Shown one piece after another: positions 37,567 to 47,931 of a stretch of DNA of 64,000 bases. Numbering within the stretch: position 1 is the first letter of the stretch; the number at the start of each line of letters is the position of its first letter. A program made the translations under genes and the position numbers. This DNA is from Pseudomonadota bacterium (GTDB lineage: Bacteria; Pseudomonadota; Alphaproteobacteria; Rhizobiales; Hyphomicrobiaceae), in NCBI GenBank assembly GCA_023412805.1, contig JAEZRM010000095.1:54109-118108 (forward strand), read 5' to 3'. The notes under the pieces were generated by a model, which worked only from the letters and a program-made list of their open reading frames with translations, did not search any database and was not told the origin of the DNA.

Positions 37567-38555
37567 CCCCATTTGAATATGTCCGCGCCAACGACCCGCA
37601 TCACGCGATTGGTCAACTGCAGACCCGGCAATCCGCCAAGTATCTTGGCGGGGGCACAAATCTTGTCGATTTGATGCGCGAGGGCATAGAGCAGCCTCAA
37701 GCGCTGATCGATGTCACGCGTTGCTCATCTGACATCCTCGAGCGTGCGGATGGCAAATTGATCGTCGGTGCCGGCGTCACCAATACCGCTCTGGCCTCGC
37801 ACGAGAGCGTCAGGTCGAAGCTCCCGCTGCTTTCGCGCGCAATTCTATCGGGCGCGTCCGCGCAGATCCGCAACATGGCGACGGTCGGCGGCAACCTGCT
37901 GCAACGGACGCGATGCGCGTACTTCTACGACGACGCCTCGCGCTGCAACAAGCGGTCACCCGGTGCAGGATGCGATGCCGTTGACGGATTCACGCGTTAT
38001 CACGCAATTCTAGGTGCCTCGCCATCCTGCGTCGCGGTGCATCCGTCCGATATGTGTGTGGCGCTCGCCGCCCTCGATGCGACTGTCCACCTCAGTCATC
38101 CGCATGGCGCGCGAAGCCTGCCTTTTCTGGACCTGCATCGCTTGCCGGAAGACGCGCCGCACATCGAGACCGCGCTCGAGCCCGGCGAGCTGATCACGCA
38201 CCTTGAAATTGCACCGCTCGAGGCGAACAGCCGCTCGACCTACCGGAAAGTGCGCGACCGCGCGAGCTATGCCTTTGCGCTGGTCTCTGTCGCCGCGGTG
38301 CTGCGTGTCGACCGCGCAGGCAACATCGAAGAGGTGCGTATTGCCCTTGGCGGCGTTGCCCATAAACCATGGCGCGCGCGAAGCGCCGAAGCGTCACTGC
38401 TCGGCAAGCCAGCATCCGAAGAGCCTTTCAGAGCCGCCGCCGAAGCCGAGCTTGTGAGTGCGAAGCCGTTGCGAGACAACGCCTTCAAGGTCGAGCTCAC
38501 GAAACGAGCCATCGTTGCGACATTGCGCGAGTTGGTCGCGGAGGTGCATCCATGA
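37563..38555 (+). CDS. Xanthine dehydrogenase family (PaoB/YagS-like) FAD-binding subunit
   Basis: The GTG start overlaps the upstream stop (GTGA). VTPFEYVRANDPHHAI..LGGGTNLVDLM is typical of CO-dehydrogenase flavoprotein-like subunits. Confidence 0.88.
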   Translation: MTPFEYVRANDPHHAIGQLQTRQSAKYLGGGTNLVDLMREGIEQPQALIDVTRCSSDILERADGKLIVGAGVTNTALASHESVRSKLPLLSRAILSGASAQIRNMATVGGNLLQRTRCAYFYDDASRCNKRSPGAGCDAVDGFTRYHAILGASPSCVAVHPSDMCVALAALDATVHLSHPHGARSLPFLDLHRLPEDAPHIETALEPGELITHLEIAPLEANSRSTYRKVRDRASYAFALVSVAAVLRVDRAGNIEEVRIALGGVAHKPWRARSAEASLLGKPASEEPFRAAAEAELVSAKPLRDNAFKVELTKRAIVATLRELVAEVHP

Positions 38556-40825
38556 GCATCCTTCAACGAGCAGTCGATACGGTCATCCGCCACCTGCCCG
38601 ATCGGTTCGACGATCCTCTCATCGACGACGCGCGCGAGGTCGGGCAAGCCCACGCCCGGGTCGACGGCCCTGCAAAGGTCAGCGGCACCGCGCGGTTTGC
38701 GGCGGAGATGCTCTACGACAATCTGGCCCATGGCGCGCTCGTCTACAGCAGCATCGCGCGCGGAAAAATCTCGACGATCGACACCGCTCAAGCCGAACAG
38801 GCCTCGGGCGTGTTGCTCGTAATGACCCACCTCAACGCGCCGCGCATGAAAGCGCCGCCGACGATGGACGAACAGGGCGCGGCGGCCAGCTCACTTCCGG
38901 TGTTGCAAACTGCCGACGTTCATTGGAATGGCCAACCGGTCGCCATGGTCGTTGCAGAAACTCAGGAGCAAGCCGACTATGCGGCATCGCTGGTACGGGT
39001 AACCTTTGATGCCGAGCCGTCGGTGACGGAATTTGCACGGGCACGGGCGTCCGCGCGTTCGCCCGGCGATATCGTCGGCGAACCTGCTGACGTGCTTATC
39101 GGCGATGCGGAGGCGGCGCTACGCGCCGCGGAGTTCGCGATCGATCATGTCTATCACACGCCGCGACACAACCACGGCGCCATCGAGCTCCATGCCGTAA
39201 CCGTCGCGTGGCAGGATGATCGTCTGCTCGTTCATGACGCAACTCAGGCAGTCAATCTCACCCGGACGACGCTTGCGAAGGCATTCGGGCTTGCCGAAGA
39301 CAAGGTGCGCGTGCTGTCACCCTTCGTTGGCGGAGGGTTTGGCAACAAGACACTTTGGAACCATCATATCCTGGCGGTCGCAGCGGCCAGGCAAATCGGG
39401 CGGCCCGTGCGTATGGTCCTTACGCGCGAAGGCGTCTTTCGCACGACCGGCGGGCGGACTTTGACCGAGCAACGCGTAGCGCTCGGAGCGAACCGAGAGG
39501 GCCCGCTCGCCGCTTTGATACATACTGGCATCGCGGGAATGACAGCCCATAACAACTGTCCCGAGCAGTTCACCTTCCCGGCCCGCCACCTTTATGCAGC
39601 CGACACGTTGAAGCTCGAGCAGCGTGTCGCCGACATGGACATGGTACCCAATACTTGGATGCGGGCGCCTGGTGAGTCGATCGGCACATTCGCTCTTGAA
39701 TCGGCAATCGATGAATTGGCGGTCCAGTTGGATGTCGATCCCATAGCTCTCCGTCGACGACTGGAGCCCGAGACGGACCCCGTCAGCGGTCTGGCCTTTT
39801 CATCGCGTCACATTATCGAGGCCTACGATCGAGGTGCGGAGCGCTTCGGATGGAGCAACCGCGCCGCTCCGGGATCGCGTCGCGAGGGCGATTGGCTCTT
39901 CGGGATGGGCGTCGCTACCGCCACGTACCCCTATTATCGCATGCCCGGCGGCTCCGCCCGCATATGTCTGCGCGCCGACGGCCGCGCCGTGGTGAAGATG
40001 GCAGCTCATGAGATGGGCATGGGCACTGCGACGGTACAGGCCCAGGCCGCAGCCGACCGCCTCGCCCTCCCCGTCGAAATGGTCGCGTTTGAGTATGGCG
40101 ATACCGATCTACCATCCGGAACCATAGCCGGCGGCTCCTCACAGACTGCATCGATCGCTGCCGCCGTGATGGCCGCGAGCGAGGCCTTGTTCAAGGAACT
40201 CCTGCAACTTGCCGGAAACCATTCGCCGCTCGCCGGTCTCAAGGCTGGCGAGGTCGTCGCCCATGACAGCGGATTGGCCAGCCGCGCCGACGCGACACGC
40301 CATGAGAGCTATGTCTCCATACTGGAGCGTTCGGGACGGGAGGAGGTCGTCGTCGAAGCGGCTGCGTCGATGCCGCTCGAAATCAAGCAATACTCGATGC
40401 ATTCCTATGGTGCGCAGTTCTGCGAGCTCAAAGTCAACGAAATGACGGGCGAGGTTCGAGTCATACGCTGGCTCGGCTCGTTCGACACCGGCCGTATTCT
40501 CAATCCGAAGACTGCGGCCAGCCAGTTCCGCGGCGGTATCATCATGGGTCTGGGCCTGGCCCTGATGGAAGATACGCTGTTCGACGAACGCACCGGACGC
40601 ATCATGAACCCGTCGATGGCCGAGTATCATATTCCGTCTCACCTGGATGTACCGAAGATCGATGTGATCTGGAACGACATCCCGGATCCCCGAACTCCGT
40701 TCGGTTTGCGCGGGATCGGAGAGATCGGCATCACCGGCGTGGGCGCCGCCGTCGCCAACGCGGTCTACAACGCCACCGGGAAGCGCATCCGCGATTTGCC
40801 GATCACATTGGATAAGCTGCTCTAG
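38552..40825 (+). CDS. Xanthine dehydrogenase family (PaoC/YagR-like) molybdopterin-binding subunit
   Basis: The ATG overlaps the upstream stop (ATGA). RVDGPAKVSGTARFAAE..., GGGFGNK, and C-terminal GIGEIGITGVGAAVANAV. Confidence 0.9.
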   Translation: MSILQRAVDTVIRHLPDRFDDPLIDDAREVGQAHARVDGPAKVSGTARFAAEMLYDNLAHGALVYSSIARGKISTIDTAQAEQASGVLLVMTHLNAPRMKAPPTMDEQGAAASSLPVLQTADVHWNGQPVAMVVAETQEQADYAASLVRVTFDAEPSVTEFARARASARSPGDIVGEPADVLIGDAEAALRAAEFAIDHVYHTPRHNHGAIELHAVTVAWQDDRLLVHDATQAVNLTRTTLAKAFGLAEDKVRVLSPFVGGGFGNKTLWNHHILAVAAARQIGRPVRMVLTREGVFRTTGGRTLTEQRVALGANREGPLAALIHTGIAGMTAHNNCPEQFTFPARHLYAADTLKLEQRVADMDMVPNTWMRAPGESIGTFALESAIDELAVQLDVDPIALRRRLEPETDPVSGLAFSSRHIIEAYDRGAERFGWSNRAAPGSRREGDWLFGMGVATATYPYYRMPGGSARICLRADGRAVVKMAAHEMGMGTATVQAQAAADRLALPVEMVAFEYGDTDLPSGTIAGGSSQTASIAAAVMAASEALFKELLQLAGNHSPLAGLKAGEVVAHDSGLASRADATRHESYVSILERSGREEVVVEAAASMPLEIKQYSMHSYGAQFCELKVNEMTGEVRVIRWLGSFDTGRILNPKTAASQFRGGIIMGLGLALMEDTLFDERTGRIMNPSMAEYHIPSHLDVPKIDVIWNDIPDPRTPFGLRGIGEIGITGVGAAVANAVYNATGKRIRDLPITLDKLL

Positions 40826-40920
40826 GCGCATGAGCGCCGATTTGGCACGCTCCTCTTCTGTCTAAACGGCGTGCGCACTAGGCAGGCCTTCTCGCGATTT
40901 CGCCGCGCAGTTGCGGCGCG

Positions 40921-41286
40921 CTCGCCTGGTCGAGGCAAGGGCATGGTCACCGCCCGCCAGCGGGACTGCAATCCGTTGCAGCGGCAGCCTCTTACGTCAG
41001 CAGCGAGACGGCCGATGGCACCCGGGAGGACGTTGCGAGCTATGTCGCCCAGATCTGCACGCTTGTGAAAAACCGCACCGGCCATGATTTCAGCCAGTAT
41101 AAGACCAAGACACTCATTCGCCGCATCCAACGGCGGATGCAGCTCGTGCAGCTCGAGACGGACCCTGACTACATCCGCCTTCTGCGCAAAGATGCACGCG
41201 AAAGTCAACTTCTGGTCCGTGATCTGCTGATCAACATCGTATTTTTGCCCGTCGTACTGGCCTCGAGCGAACAGCTCACTTCGTAG
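40921..41286 (+). pseudogene. Fragment of a CheR-type methyltransferase (N-terminal helical domain only)
   Basis: Frame-1 translation gives ...EDVASYVAQICTLVKNRTGHDFSQYKTKTLIRRIQRRMQLVQLETDPDYIRLLRKDARESQLLVRDLLINI. It then diverges (expected VTxFFRD) and stops. There is no upstream start or downstream SAM-binding domain. Confidence 0.5.
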
Positions 41287-41818
41287 CTCAGCCCACTTGC
41301 GCCGAATTCGATCTTTGGCGGCGCATCACAATTCTCGGCCATGGCTCTCTCCAGCACCACGCATCTCGCGCATTACGCAAATCGTCTGCAGAGATTTTGC
41401 GACGTTCTGCGTGCCGGCAATGGATCGTTGCTTCGACTATCGTGCATGCGTTCGTTGATTTTCCCAGTTCTCAGGAACGCGCTTCATGACGAAGGTTGAG
41501 CCCTTCGTGAGAGTTGATCCCGTGAAAGCCGTGCAGCAGTGGACAGGCTACGGTCGTCCAGCTTCACGGCTCAGCGCTGCCTAAATCATCCGTCCCGGCA
41601 CCGTGAAATTCATGACTTGGCCGGTGTGGCTTCCCTCTTCCTCTTCCGATGTCATCGGACAGCCAACCGTTTGCACAAGACCTACGGACCGGTGCAGTTG
41701 GCGTCGGTGCGGGATGCGGATGAAGCGCGTCAGAAGGGACGCGCGAAATTTCGGGCGGTTCAGGCGCCCGGCAAACAAAGGCCGGACAAAAATTCCCGGA
41801 TCCCGGCCGGAAAGTTCC

Positions 41819-41934
<116 letters not shown>

Positions 41935-42107
41935 AGAGATAGAAACGCGCGCCGAGTTGGGCGCGTCAGAGTGGGTGGGAGATACGCGAGGCTCGGGGGA
42001 TAGTCAAGGGCAGAGGCACCAATCCCGCAGCCTATCTTAGAGGCCGGCTCAAAGTGCTCCGGGAACATGCTAAAATGCTCGGAACGCCTCAGACCGGATG
42101 CCCATCT

Positions 42108-42500
42108 ATGCCCATTCGCATCGTCCAGCTCGGCAGCCCGCGCCACGCAGACGAGGGAACGCGCATCGGCACCGTGCGGCGGCCGCCACGCGGCGTGCGC
42201 AAGGAGCGCTACGCCGCCGACAACTGGTACGACGTCTGGCTGCCGGAGTTGGCGCCAAGCGAAGAGCTGGTGGCGAAGGCGCGCGCTGCCGAGACGGAAA
42301 AGGAATGGTCCGCCTTCATGCGCGCCTATCGCAGTGAGATGAAGGCGCCGACCGCCAGCCGGACGCTCGACCTGCTGGCTGCCCTCTCGAAGGAGAGCAA
42401 CTTCTCCGTCGGCTGCTACTGCGAGAACGAGGCGCGCTGCCACCGCTCGGTACTGCGCGAGCTCCTCCGCGAGCACGGCGCGCAACTCACCGAGGCTTAA
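42108..42500 (+). CDS. DUF488 family protein
   Basis: Start at ATG 42108. MPIRIVQLGSPRHADEGTRIGTVRRPPRGVRKE...WLPELAPSEEL...SVGCYCENEARCHRSVL is the DUF488/YeaO-like pattern. Confidence 0.8.
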   Translation: MPIRIVQLGSPRHADEGTRIGTVRRPPRGVRKERYAADNWYDVWLPELAPSEELVAKARAAETEKEWSAFMRAYRSEMKAPTASRTLDLLAALSKESNFSVGCYCENEARCHRSVLRELLREHGAQLTEA

Positions 42501-42501
42501 C

Positions 42502-43080
42502 TCACTCCGCCATGTCCAGCTCGCGCACGCGGCCGAGCTGCGTCATCCAATCCACGTACTGGGGCTTGGCGCGGACCTGAAAGCCGTAGTGTCGGCGCAG
42601 CGCCGCGACGAGTCGGCCGTCGCGGCCGAGAATGTCATCCGCATAGCCGACCATGAGCGAGTTCGGCCAGGCTTGTGGACGGATGGCACGCAAGCGCTCG
42701 AAAAGCTGATTCTCGCCCTCCTCGGGATTGACCTGCGCCATGAGCGAGAGCATGGCCGCCGTCGAGCGCGAGATGCCCATGTGGCAGTGGACGAGCAGAT
42801 GGCGATCCGAGCGCGCCTCGGCCTCCGCCGCGAGTTGGCTGCCGAAGGCGAGAATTTCGCCGACATGCTCGCGCGTCGGCAACACGCGCCCGTATCCGGG
42901 ATCGATGATGTCGTGAAAGCGCAGCGTCGTGCGGCGATGCTCGCCATAGCTGCCGAAGCTCGTGAGTTCCGGCCAGTTCGGATCGAGCAGGGACAGCACA
43001 TGCGTCACCGCACGCGGTCCGTGCTCGGGAAGCTCATCGATCCCGCAGATCGTGAGCACTGAAACGCCGATCGGCTTCAT
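42502..43080 (-). CDS. Protein-tyrosine/dual-specificity phosphatase-like protein
   Basis: P-loop VHCHMGISRSTA (HCxxGxxRS). 192 aa. Confidence 0.75.
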   Translation of the reverse strand: MKPIGVSVLTICGIDELPEHGPRAVTHVLSLLDPNWPELTSFGSYGEHRRTTLRFHDIIDPGYGRVLPTREHVGEILAFGSQLAAEAEARSDRHLLVHCHMGISRSTAAMLSLMAQVNPEEGENQLFERLRAIRPQAWPNSLMVGYADDILGRDGRLVAALRRHYGFQVRAKPQYVDWMTQLGRVRELDMAE

Positions 43081-43124
43081 GGCTCAATGCCGGGCGGCCT
43101 TCACCGCCCGGTCCCAGAATGCAC

Positions 43125-44993
43125 TCAGAATGCCTTCGCGGCATTCGGACGGTACTTGTTCTTCGGCACATGGCCCGAGCGTGTCGCCTCGCGACGCTCG
43201 CGCACCCAGACCTCGCGGTTCGGATGCAGGCCACCGCCGCGCGTCGCCGGCACAGCCGTATGGCGCGCACGATGGAGAAGCCGCGTATCGGCGGCACCGC
43301 AGTTCGGATGCACACCGCCATTGTCCGCGACGACCTTCTCCCAGGCCGCCTTGCGCTTTGCGACGATGGCAGGATCGCTCAGCACCGTGCAGTTCAGCTC
43401 GTTCTTGTTGAGGTCGATGACGATCTCGTCGCCGTCCTCGATGAAGGCGATCGGACCGCCGAGCGCCGCCTCGGGACCGACGTGGCCGATGACGAGACCA
43501 ACCGAGCCGCCGGAGAAGCGCGCATCCGTCATGAGCGCGACGACGATGCCGCGCTCGCGGCAAAGCGCCGTGATGCGCGAGGTCGGATCGAGCATCTCGG
43601 GCATGCCCGGCGCACCGCTCGGCCCCTCATAGCGCACGATGACCGTGTCGTGGTTCTGGAACTGCTCGGGCGCGCTGTCGAGTGCGTTGAGCAAGCCCTG
43701 CTCGCCCTCGAAGACGCGTGCCTTGCCGCGGAAGACGTTGTCCTCGAGCCCGCCCTCGACGCCCGCAAGCTTGAGGATCGCGGAGAACTCCGGCGAGAGG
43801 TTGCCGCCGAGCACACGCAGGCCACCCGTCGGCTTGTAGGGCTTTTCGACGGGATAGATGACCTTGCCGTCGGCCTTCTTCGCACCGAGGCGCTCGACCT
43901 GCTGTGCGAGCGTCTCGCCCGTACAGGTCAGCACATTGCCGTTGAGCAGGCCCGCATCGAGCAGCTCGCGCACGATGACCTGCACGCCGCCCATGGCATC
44001 GATGTCGACCATGGAATACTTGCCGTAGGGCCGCGCGTCCGTGAGCACGGGCACGATGTTCTGCGAGAGGTGATTGAACTCCTCCGGCGTCATGATCTCC
44101 TTCCAGAAATCGGCATAACCGGCGGCGCGCGCGATTTCCGGCGCGTGCAGCGTCACGTTCGTCGATCCGCCGATGGCCATGGCGACGATGACGGCATTGC
44201 GCAGCGAGTCGCGCACCACGATGTCGCGCGGCTTGATGTCCTTCTCCATCATCATGGCGAGGTGTTCGACGAGTTCGTCGGCGAACTCGTTCACGCGGCG
44301 CGGATCATCCGACGGTGGCGCCACCATATGCAGCGGCTGCATGCCGACGACGCCGATGAAGGTCTGCATCGTGTTGTACGTGAAAATCCCGCCGCAGCTC
44401 CCGATGCCGGGGCAGGCATGGCAGGAAATATGATCGCGGTATTCGGCATCCGGATGTCCGGCAACCTGATAGGCGGTCACGAGATCGATCGCCTCACCCG
44501 TCTTCGGATCGTGGCCCGGATGGATCGAGCCGTCGGACATTATGATAGACGGCTGGTTGTGCTCGAGCAGCGCCGCGAGCGTGCCGACGGGCGGCTTGTC
44601 GCAAGCGACGATCGCGATCGTACCGGCAAGCCCGCTGGCCTCGAGATGTTCACAAAGGGCATCGTTGGTCACGTCGCGGCCGATGAGCGAATAGCGCATC
44701 TCGCGCGTGCCATTGCGGATGCCGTCCGAGGTCGCGATCGTGTACTCGGGCTGGACGAGGCGCAGCTTGAGCTTGCCCGGCCCCATACCGATCTTCGCCT
44801 TGAGGCGCTCGTGCACGGCTTCGACCTTGTCGAGAACGCCGAGATAGCACTGGCTGTCGCCCTTCGTGCCCACCACGCCGACCGACGGCTCGTGAATGAG
44901 ATCCGGGTCGGTCCCGAGCGCGCGGGCAATGCCCAGGGTCTGGGTCGAGCGGCCCGGATGGCGGTCGATGAGGACGATCTTGGAATTGGACAC
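43125..44993 (-). CDS. IlvD/Edd family dehydratase (dihydroxy-acid dehydratase-like)
   Basis: 622 aa. CDKPPVG, PGIGSCGGIFTYNTM (Fe-S Cys) and ALMTDARFSGGS motifs. Substrate was not assigned. It has a basic C-terminal tail of about 50 aa. Confidence 0.85.
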   Translation of the reverse strand: MSNSKIVLIDRHPGRSTQTLGIARALGTDPDLIHEPSVGVVGTKGDSQCYLGVLDKVEAVHERLKAKIGMGPGKLKLRLVQPEYTIATSDGIRNGTREMRYSLIGRDVTNDALCEHLEASGLAGTIAIVACDKPPVGTLAALLEHNQPSIIMSDGSIHPGHDPKTGEAIDLVTAYQVAGHPDAEYRDHISCHACPGIGSCGGIFTYNTMQTFIGVVGMQPLHMVAPPSDDPRRVNEFADELVEHLAMMMEKDIKPRDIVVRDSLRNAVIVAMAIGGSTNVTLHAPEIARAAGYADFWKEIMTPEEFNHLSQNIVPVLTDARPYGKYSMVDIDAMGGVQVIVRELLDAGLLNGNVLTCTGETLAQQVERLGAKKADGKVIYPVEKPYKPTGGLRVLGGNLSPEFSAILKLAGVEGGLEDNVFRGKARVFEGEQGLLNALDSAPEQFQNHDTVIVRYEGPSGAPGMPEMLDPTSRITALCRERGIVVALMTDARFSGGSVGLVIGHVGPEAALGGPIAFIEDGDEIVIDLNKNELNCTVLSDPAIVAKRKAAWEKVVADNGGVHPNCGAADTRLLHRARHTAVPATRGGGLHPNREVWVRERREATRSGHVPKNKYRPNAAKAF

Positions 44994-45199
44994 GGAAGGC
45001 TCCTTCCTTCGGCACGGCGCGCCTCACTCCTGGCGGGACCGCCAAGTAAAGGCAATTGGGAGGCTTTATGGCGGCGAATGGCCATCAGTGGCAAGGGCCG
45101 GTAACGCCCACGCGGACCTGCTCGGCGCTTCTGCCATGCAACAAGCTCCGGACCCCAGACATTACATCGAGGAGCTGCCGATCACGGAGAGGGGAAACC

Positions 45200-46351
45200 A
45201 TGAGCTATCGAGTTGTCCTTTGGGGGATTGCCAGCGTTGTCGTGGTGCTCGTGGCCGGGAGCGCGGCCTGGATCCTCTCGCTGCCGCCCAATCCGCCGGC
45301 TACGGCCGCGCCGCTCGTCCCGCAGCAAGAGAGCGAGGCGGCGCTTGCCGCGCTGAAGCCGCCGAAGCGCCAGCGCCCCCTCGTCGCCATCATCGGCATC
45401 AACGACGCGACCGAGACCACCGACTATCTGATGCCGTACGGCATTCTCCGGCGCGCGGACGTTGCCGATGTCTTGACGGTCGCGACAGAGCCGGGGTCGG
45501 TTGCGCTCTACCCGGCGCTCAAAGTAGAGCCGAACACCACCGTCGCCGATTTCGATCAGCAGCATCCTACAGGCGCGGATTACGTCATCGTGCCCGCCAT
45601 GAGCCGCGACGATGATCCGAAGGTCATGACATGGCTCAAGGCCCAAGCGGATAAGGGAGCGGTCATCATCGCCGTGTGCGCCGGCGCCAAGGTCGCCGCC
45701 GCTGCCGGACTGCTCGACGGCCATCTCGCGACCACGCACTGGTATTTCTTGAACGAGCTGCGCCAGGAGCACCCATCGATCCGGTATGTCGCGGATCGGC
45801 GCTTCATCGTCGATGGCCCGCGCGCAACGACAACGGGCATCACAGCGTCCATGCCCATGATGATCACGCTCGTCGAGGCCATTGCCGGGCGGAACCGCGC
45901 CGAGGCTCTCGCCAAGGACCTCGGCCTCGTGAGCTGGGACGCGCGCCACGACAGTGACGCCTTCAAGCTCACGCGGCCCTTTGCAACGACCGTGCTGCGC
46001 AATCTCTTCTCGTTCTGGCAGTGGGAAAAACTCGGCATCGAGCTCACGCCCGGCATGGACGAGGTATCGCTGGCGCTCAGCGCCGATGCCTGGTCGCGAA
46101 CCTATCGTTCGCGCGCCTATACGTTCGCAAGCACTGCAGAAGCAATGGAGAGCCGCAACGGCATCCGCATTCTGCCTGATGAGATCGTCAATAGCTGGCC
46201 CGTAGAGAGCCGCCTTCCTTCGATCAACGACCGGCTGCCGGCCCAAGCGCTCGACCAGACACTGCGCAGCATCGCATCACGCTACGGCCGGCGCACGAGC
46301 GCCATCGTCGCGATGCAACTCGAATATCCGAGGAAGCCGATCGAGCAATAG
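45200..46351 (+). CDS. Membrane-anchored DJ-1/PfpI family protein with extra C-terminal domain
   Basis: Start at ATG 45200 (GGAGAGGGG RBS). N-terminal TM MSYRVVLWGIASVVVVLVAGSAAWIL. VIIAVCAGAKVAAAAGLL nucleophile-elbow Cys context, plus about 180 extra residues. Confidence 0.7.
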   Translation: MSYRVVLWGIASVVVVLVAGSAAWILSLPPNPPATAAPLVPQQESEAALAALKPPKRQRPLVAIIGINDATETTDYLMPYGILRRADVADVLTVATEPGSVALYPALKVEPNTTVADFDQQHPTGADYVIVPAMSRDDDPKVMTWLKAQADKGAVIIAVCAGAKVAAAAGLLDGHLATTHWYFLNELRQEHPSIRYVADRRFIVDGPRATTTGITASMPMMITLVEAIAGRNRAEALAKDLGLVSWDARHDSDAFKLTRPFATTVLRNLFSFWQWEKLGIELTPGMDEVSLALSADAWSRTYRSRAYTFASTAEAMESRNGIRILPDEIVNSWPVESRLPSINDRLPAQALDQTLRSIASRYGRRTSAIVAMQLEYPRKPIEQ

Positions 46352-46361
46352 ACGCGCAGCT

Positions 46362-46988
46362 CTATTCCTCCAGCACGAGCACGCCGCGGCTCATTTCGGC
46401 GCGGCGGAGCTGGCCGAGGAAACTCATGCCGAGCAACGTCTTCGTGAGCTTACCGGGCTCGGCAACGGCAGCGCGCACATCCCGCACGACGATGTCCTCG
46501 ATGGCTACGCTGTCGAGGGTGACCATGGCGACGCGGGCTATGCCGTTGGCCGTGCTGACGCGATGGGTGTAGTCGCCGTCGCGAATATGGATGCCGGCGG
46601 CGCGGGCATCGTCATAGGTCAGCGCCACGATCGACGCGCCAGTATCGACCATGGCCTGCACGGCGCGTCCGTTGACATGAACGCGCGAGTAGAAGTGGCC
46701 GTACGCGCCGGCCTTGAGCTGGACCATGCGGCCGGCGGAAGCCGGAGCAGCCGGCTCCTCGTCGCTCGCCTCGCCGCCCTGTTCGTCACCACCGCGCTCG
46801 ATTTGCTCGGGGGCGCCGATGGCATCGTCGGCCGGCGCACCTTCCTGGTATTCGAATTTCAGTCCGAGCAGATCGCGCACGAGATCGGCATTCATGGCGC
46901 CGATGATGCCGAAGCCGGCGAGCGCGGCCCAGACAGCCGCCAGCTTCAGGGCATTCGATGCGGAAAGCGACAACGCCATGACCGACAA
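46362..46988 (-). CDS. Retropepsin-like clan AA aspartic protease (TIGR02281-like), membrane anchored
   Basis: N-terminal TM; HFYSRVHVNGRAVQAMVDTGASIVALTYDDARAAGI has the DTGA active-site motif. Confidence 0.8.
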   Translation of the reverse strand: MSVMALSLSASNALKLAAVWAALAGFGIIGAMNADLVRDLLGLKFEYQEGAPADDAIGAPEQIERGGDEQGGEASDEEPAAPASAGRMVQLKAGAYGHFYSRVHVNGRAVQAMVDTGASIVALTYDDARAAGIHIRDGDYTHRVSTANGIARVAMVTLDSVAIEDIVVRDVRAAVAEPGKLTKTLLGMSFLGQLRRAEMSRGVLVLEE

Positions 46989-47036
46989 GTTCCCGCCTGA
47001 CTGAACAGCCGGGCCTGCCGTGGAGCTTCAGATGTA

Positions 47037-47738
47037 TCAGCTCCTCAGCGTCAGAAAGTCCCCGGAGAATTCATAAGAGCGCAGGCGGCTTAAAAAACTC
47101 ATACCGAGGAGGTTCTCGCGCAGCGCCCCGGGCTTGGAGACGAGCGCATCGACGCCGTCGACTTGTATGGACCCGATTGCGATGCTGGTGAGGCGCACAT
47201 GGGCCGCATAGGTGATGCCGTTGGCGGTCTGGACGGGCACCGTATAGCGCAGCCGGCTCGTGTCGACGCCAAGCCGCGAGGCATCCGCCTCTCGGATAAC
47301 AACGGTCGAGGCGCCGGTATCGACGAGCATGGGCATATTCTGCCCGTTGACGCGGGCATTGACTGTGAAGTGGCCATCGCGGCGCTTGCGGATGCGGACG
47401 GCCTGGGCGCCCTGCGTGCTCGGCTCGATGGATACGGCCGTGCCGGGCGGGGTCAGCTCACCGCGCACGCGATAGGCAATCTCCGTGAGCTCGTCACGAT
47501 AGCTGTAGCCGGCGACGAGAACGAAGGCGATCGCGGCCCAGGTCAGAAAATCACGCGCCGCCTGCATGGTGCGCCCGCGATAGGAGCCGGCCAGCGAAAG
47601 CGTGATCACGATCAGGAACGCGGCGAGGAAGCCGGCGGCCGCAAGGTCCGGCCAGTCGAGACCGAACAGCGTCGCATCGCCCGCGATGAGCAGGCCGAGC
47701 GCGCCGATGAGGACCATCAGTAGAATGAGCCAGCCCAT
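47037..47738 (-). CDS. Retropepsin-like clan AA aspartic protease (TIGR02281-like), paralog
   Basis: Start at internal ATG 47738 (MGWLILLMVLIGALGLLIAG; 3 TM). HFTVNARVNGQNMPMLVDTGASTVVIREADASRLGV. Confidence 0.8.
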   Translation of the reverse strand: MGWLILLMVLIGALGLLIAGDATLFGLDWPDLAAAGFLAAFLIVITLSLAGSYRGRTMQAARDFLTWAAIAFVLVAGYSYRDELTEIAYRVRGELTPPGTAVSIEPSTQGAQAVRIRKRRDGHFTVNARVNGQNMPMLVDTGASTVVIREADASRLGVDTSRLRYTVPVQTANGITYAAHVRLTSIAIGSIQVDGVDALVSKPGALRENLLGMSFLSRLRSYEFSGDFLTLRS

Positions 47739-47742
47739 TGCC

Positions 47743-47931
47743 TCAATCTCCGGTGCCGGATGGCGCAGCAGCCTCGGCCACGCGCCGTCCCGGCAAGAGA
47801 GCCATGATTCTGCGGCGCTCTGCGGGCGCATACGTGCTCCAGGCAGCAATCTCCGCAATTGTCCGCGCACACCCCGCGCAAAACCCCGATCGCGGCTCGA
47901 TCACGCAAACCTGAATGCACGGACTTTCCAT
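47743..47931 (-). CDS. DUF1289 (YdhL-like) Cys-rich protein
   Basis: SPCIQVCVIEPRSGFCAGCARTIAEIAAWSTYAPAERRRIM is the canonical DUF1289. Confidence 0.8.
   Translation of the reverse strand: MESPCIQVCVIEPRSGFCAGCARTIAEIAAWSTYAPAERRRIMALLPGRRVAEAAAPSGTGD

Noticed and set aside
43119-45104. 661-aa plus-strand ORF opposite the IlvD-family dehydratase
   Set aside because: It is antisense to a gene with clear IlvD/Edd motifs. Its Arg/Asp/His-rich composition is typical of shadow frames.
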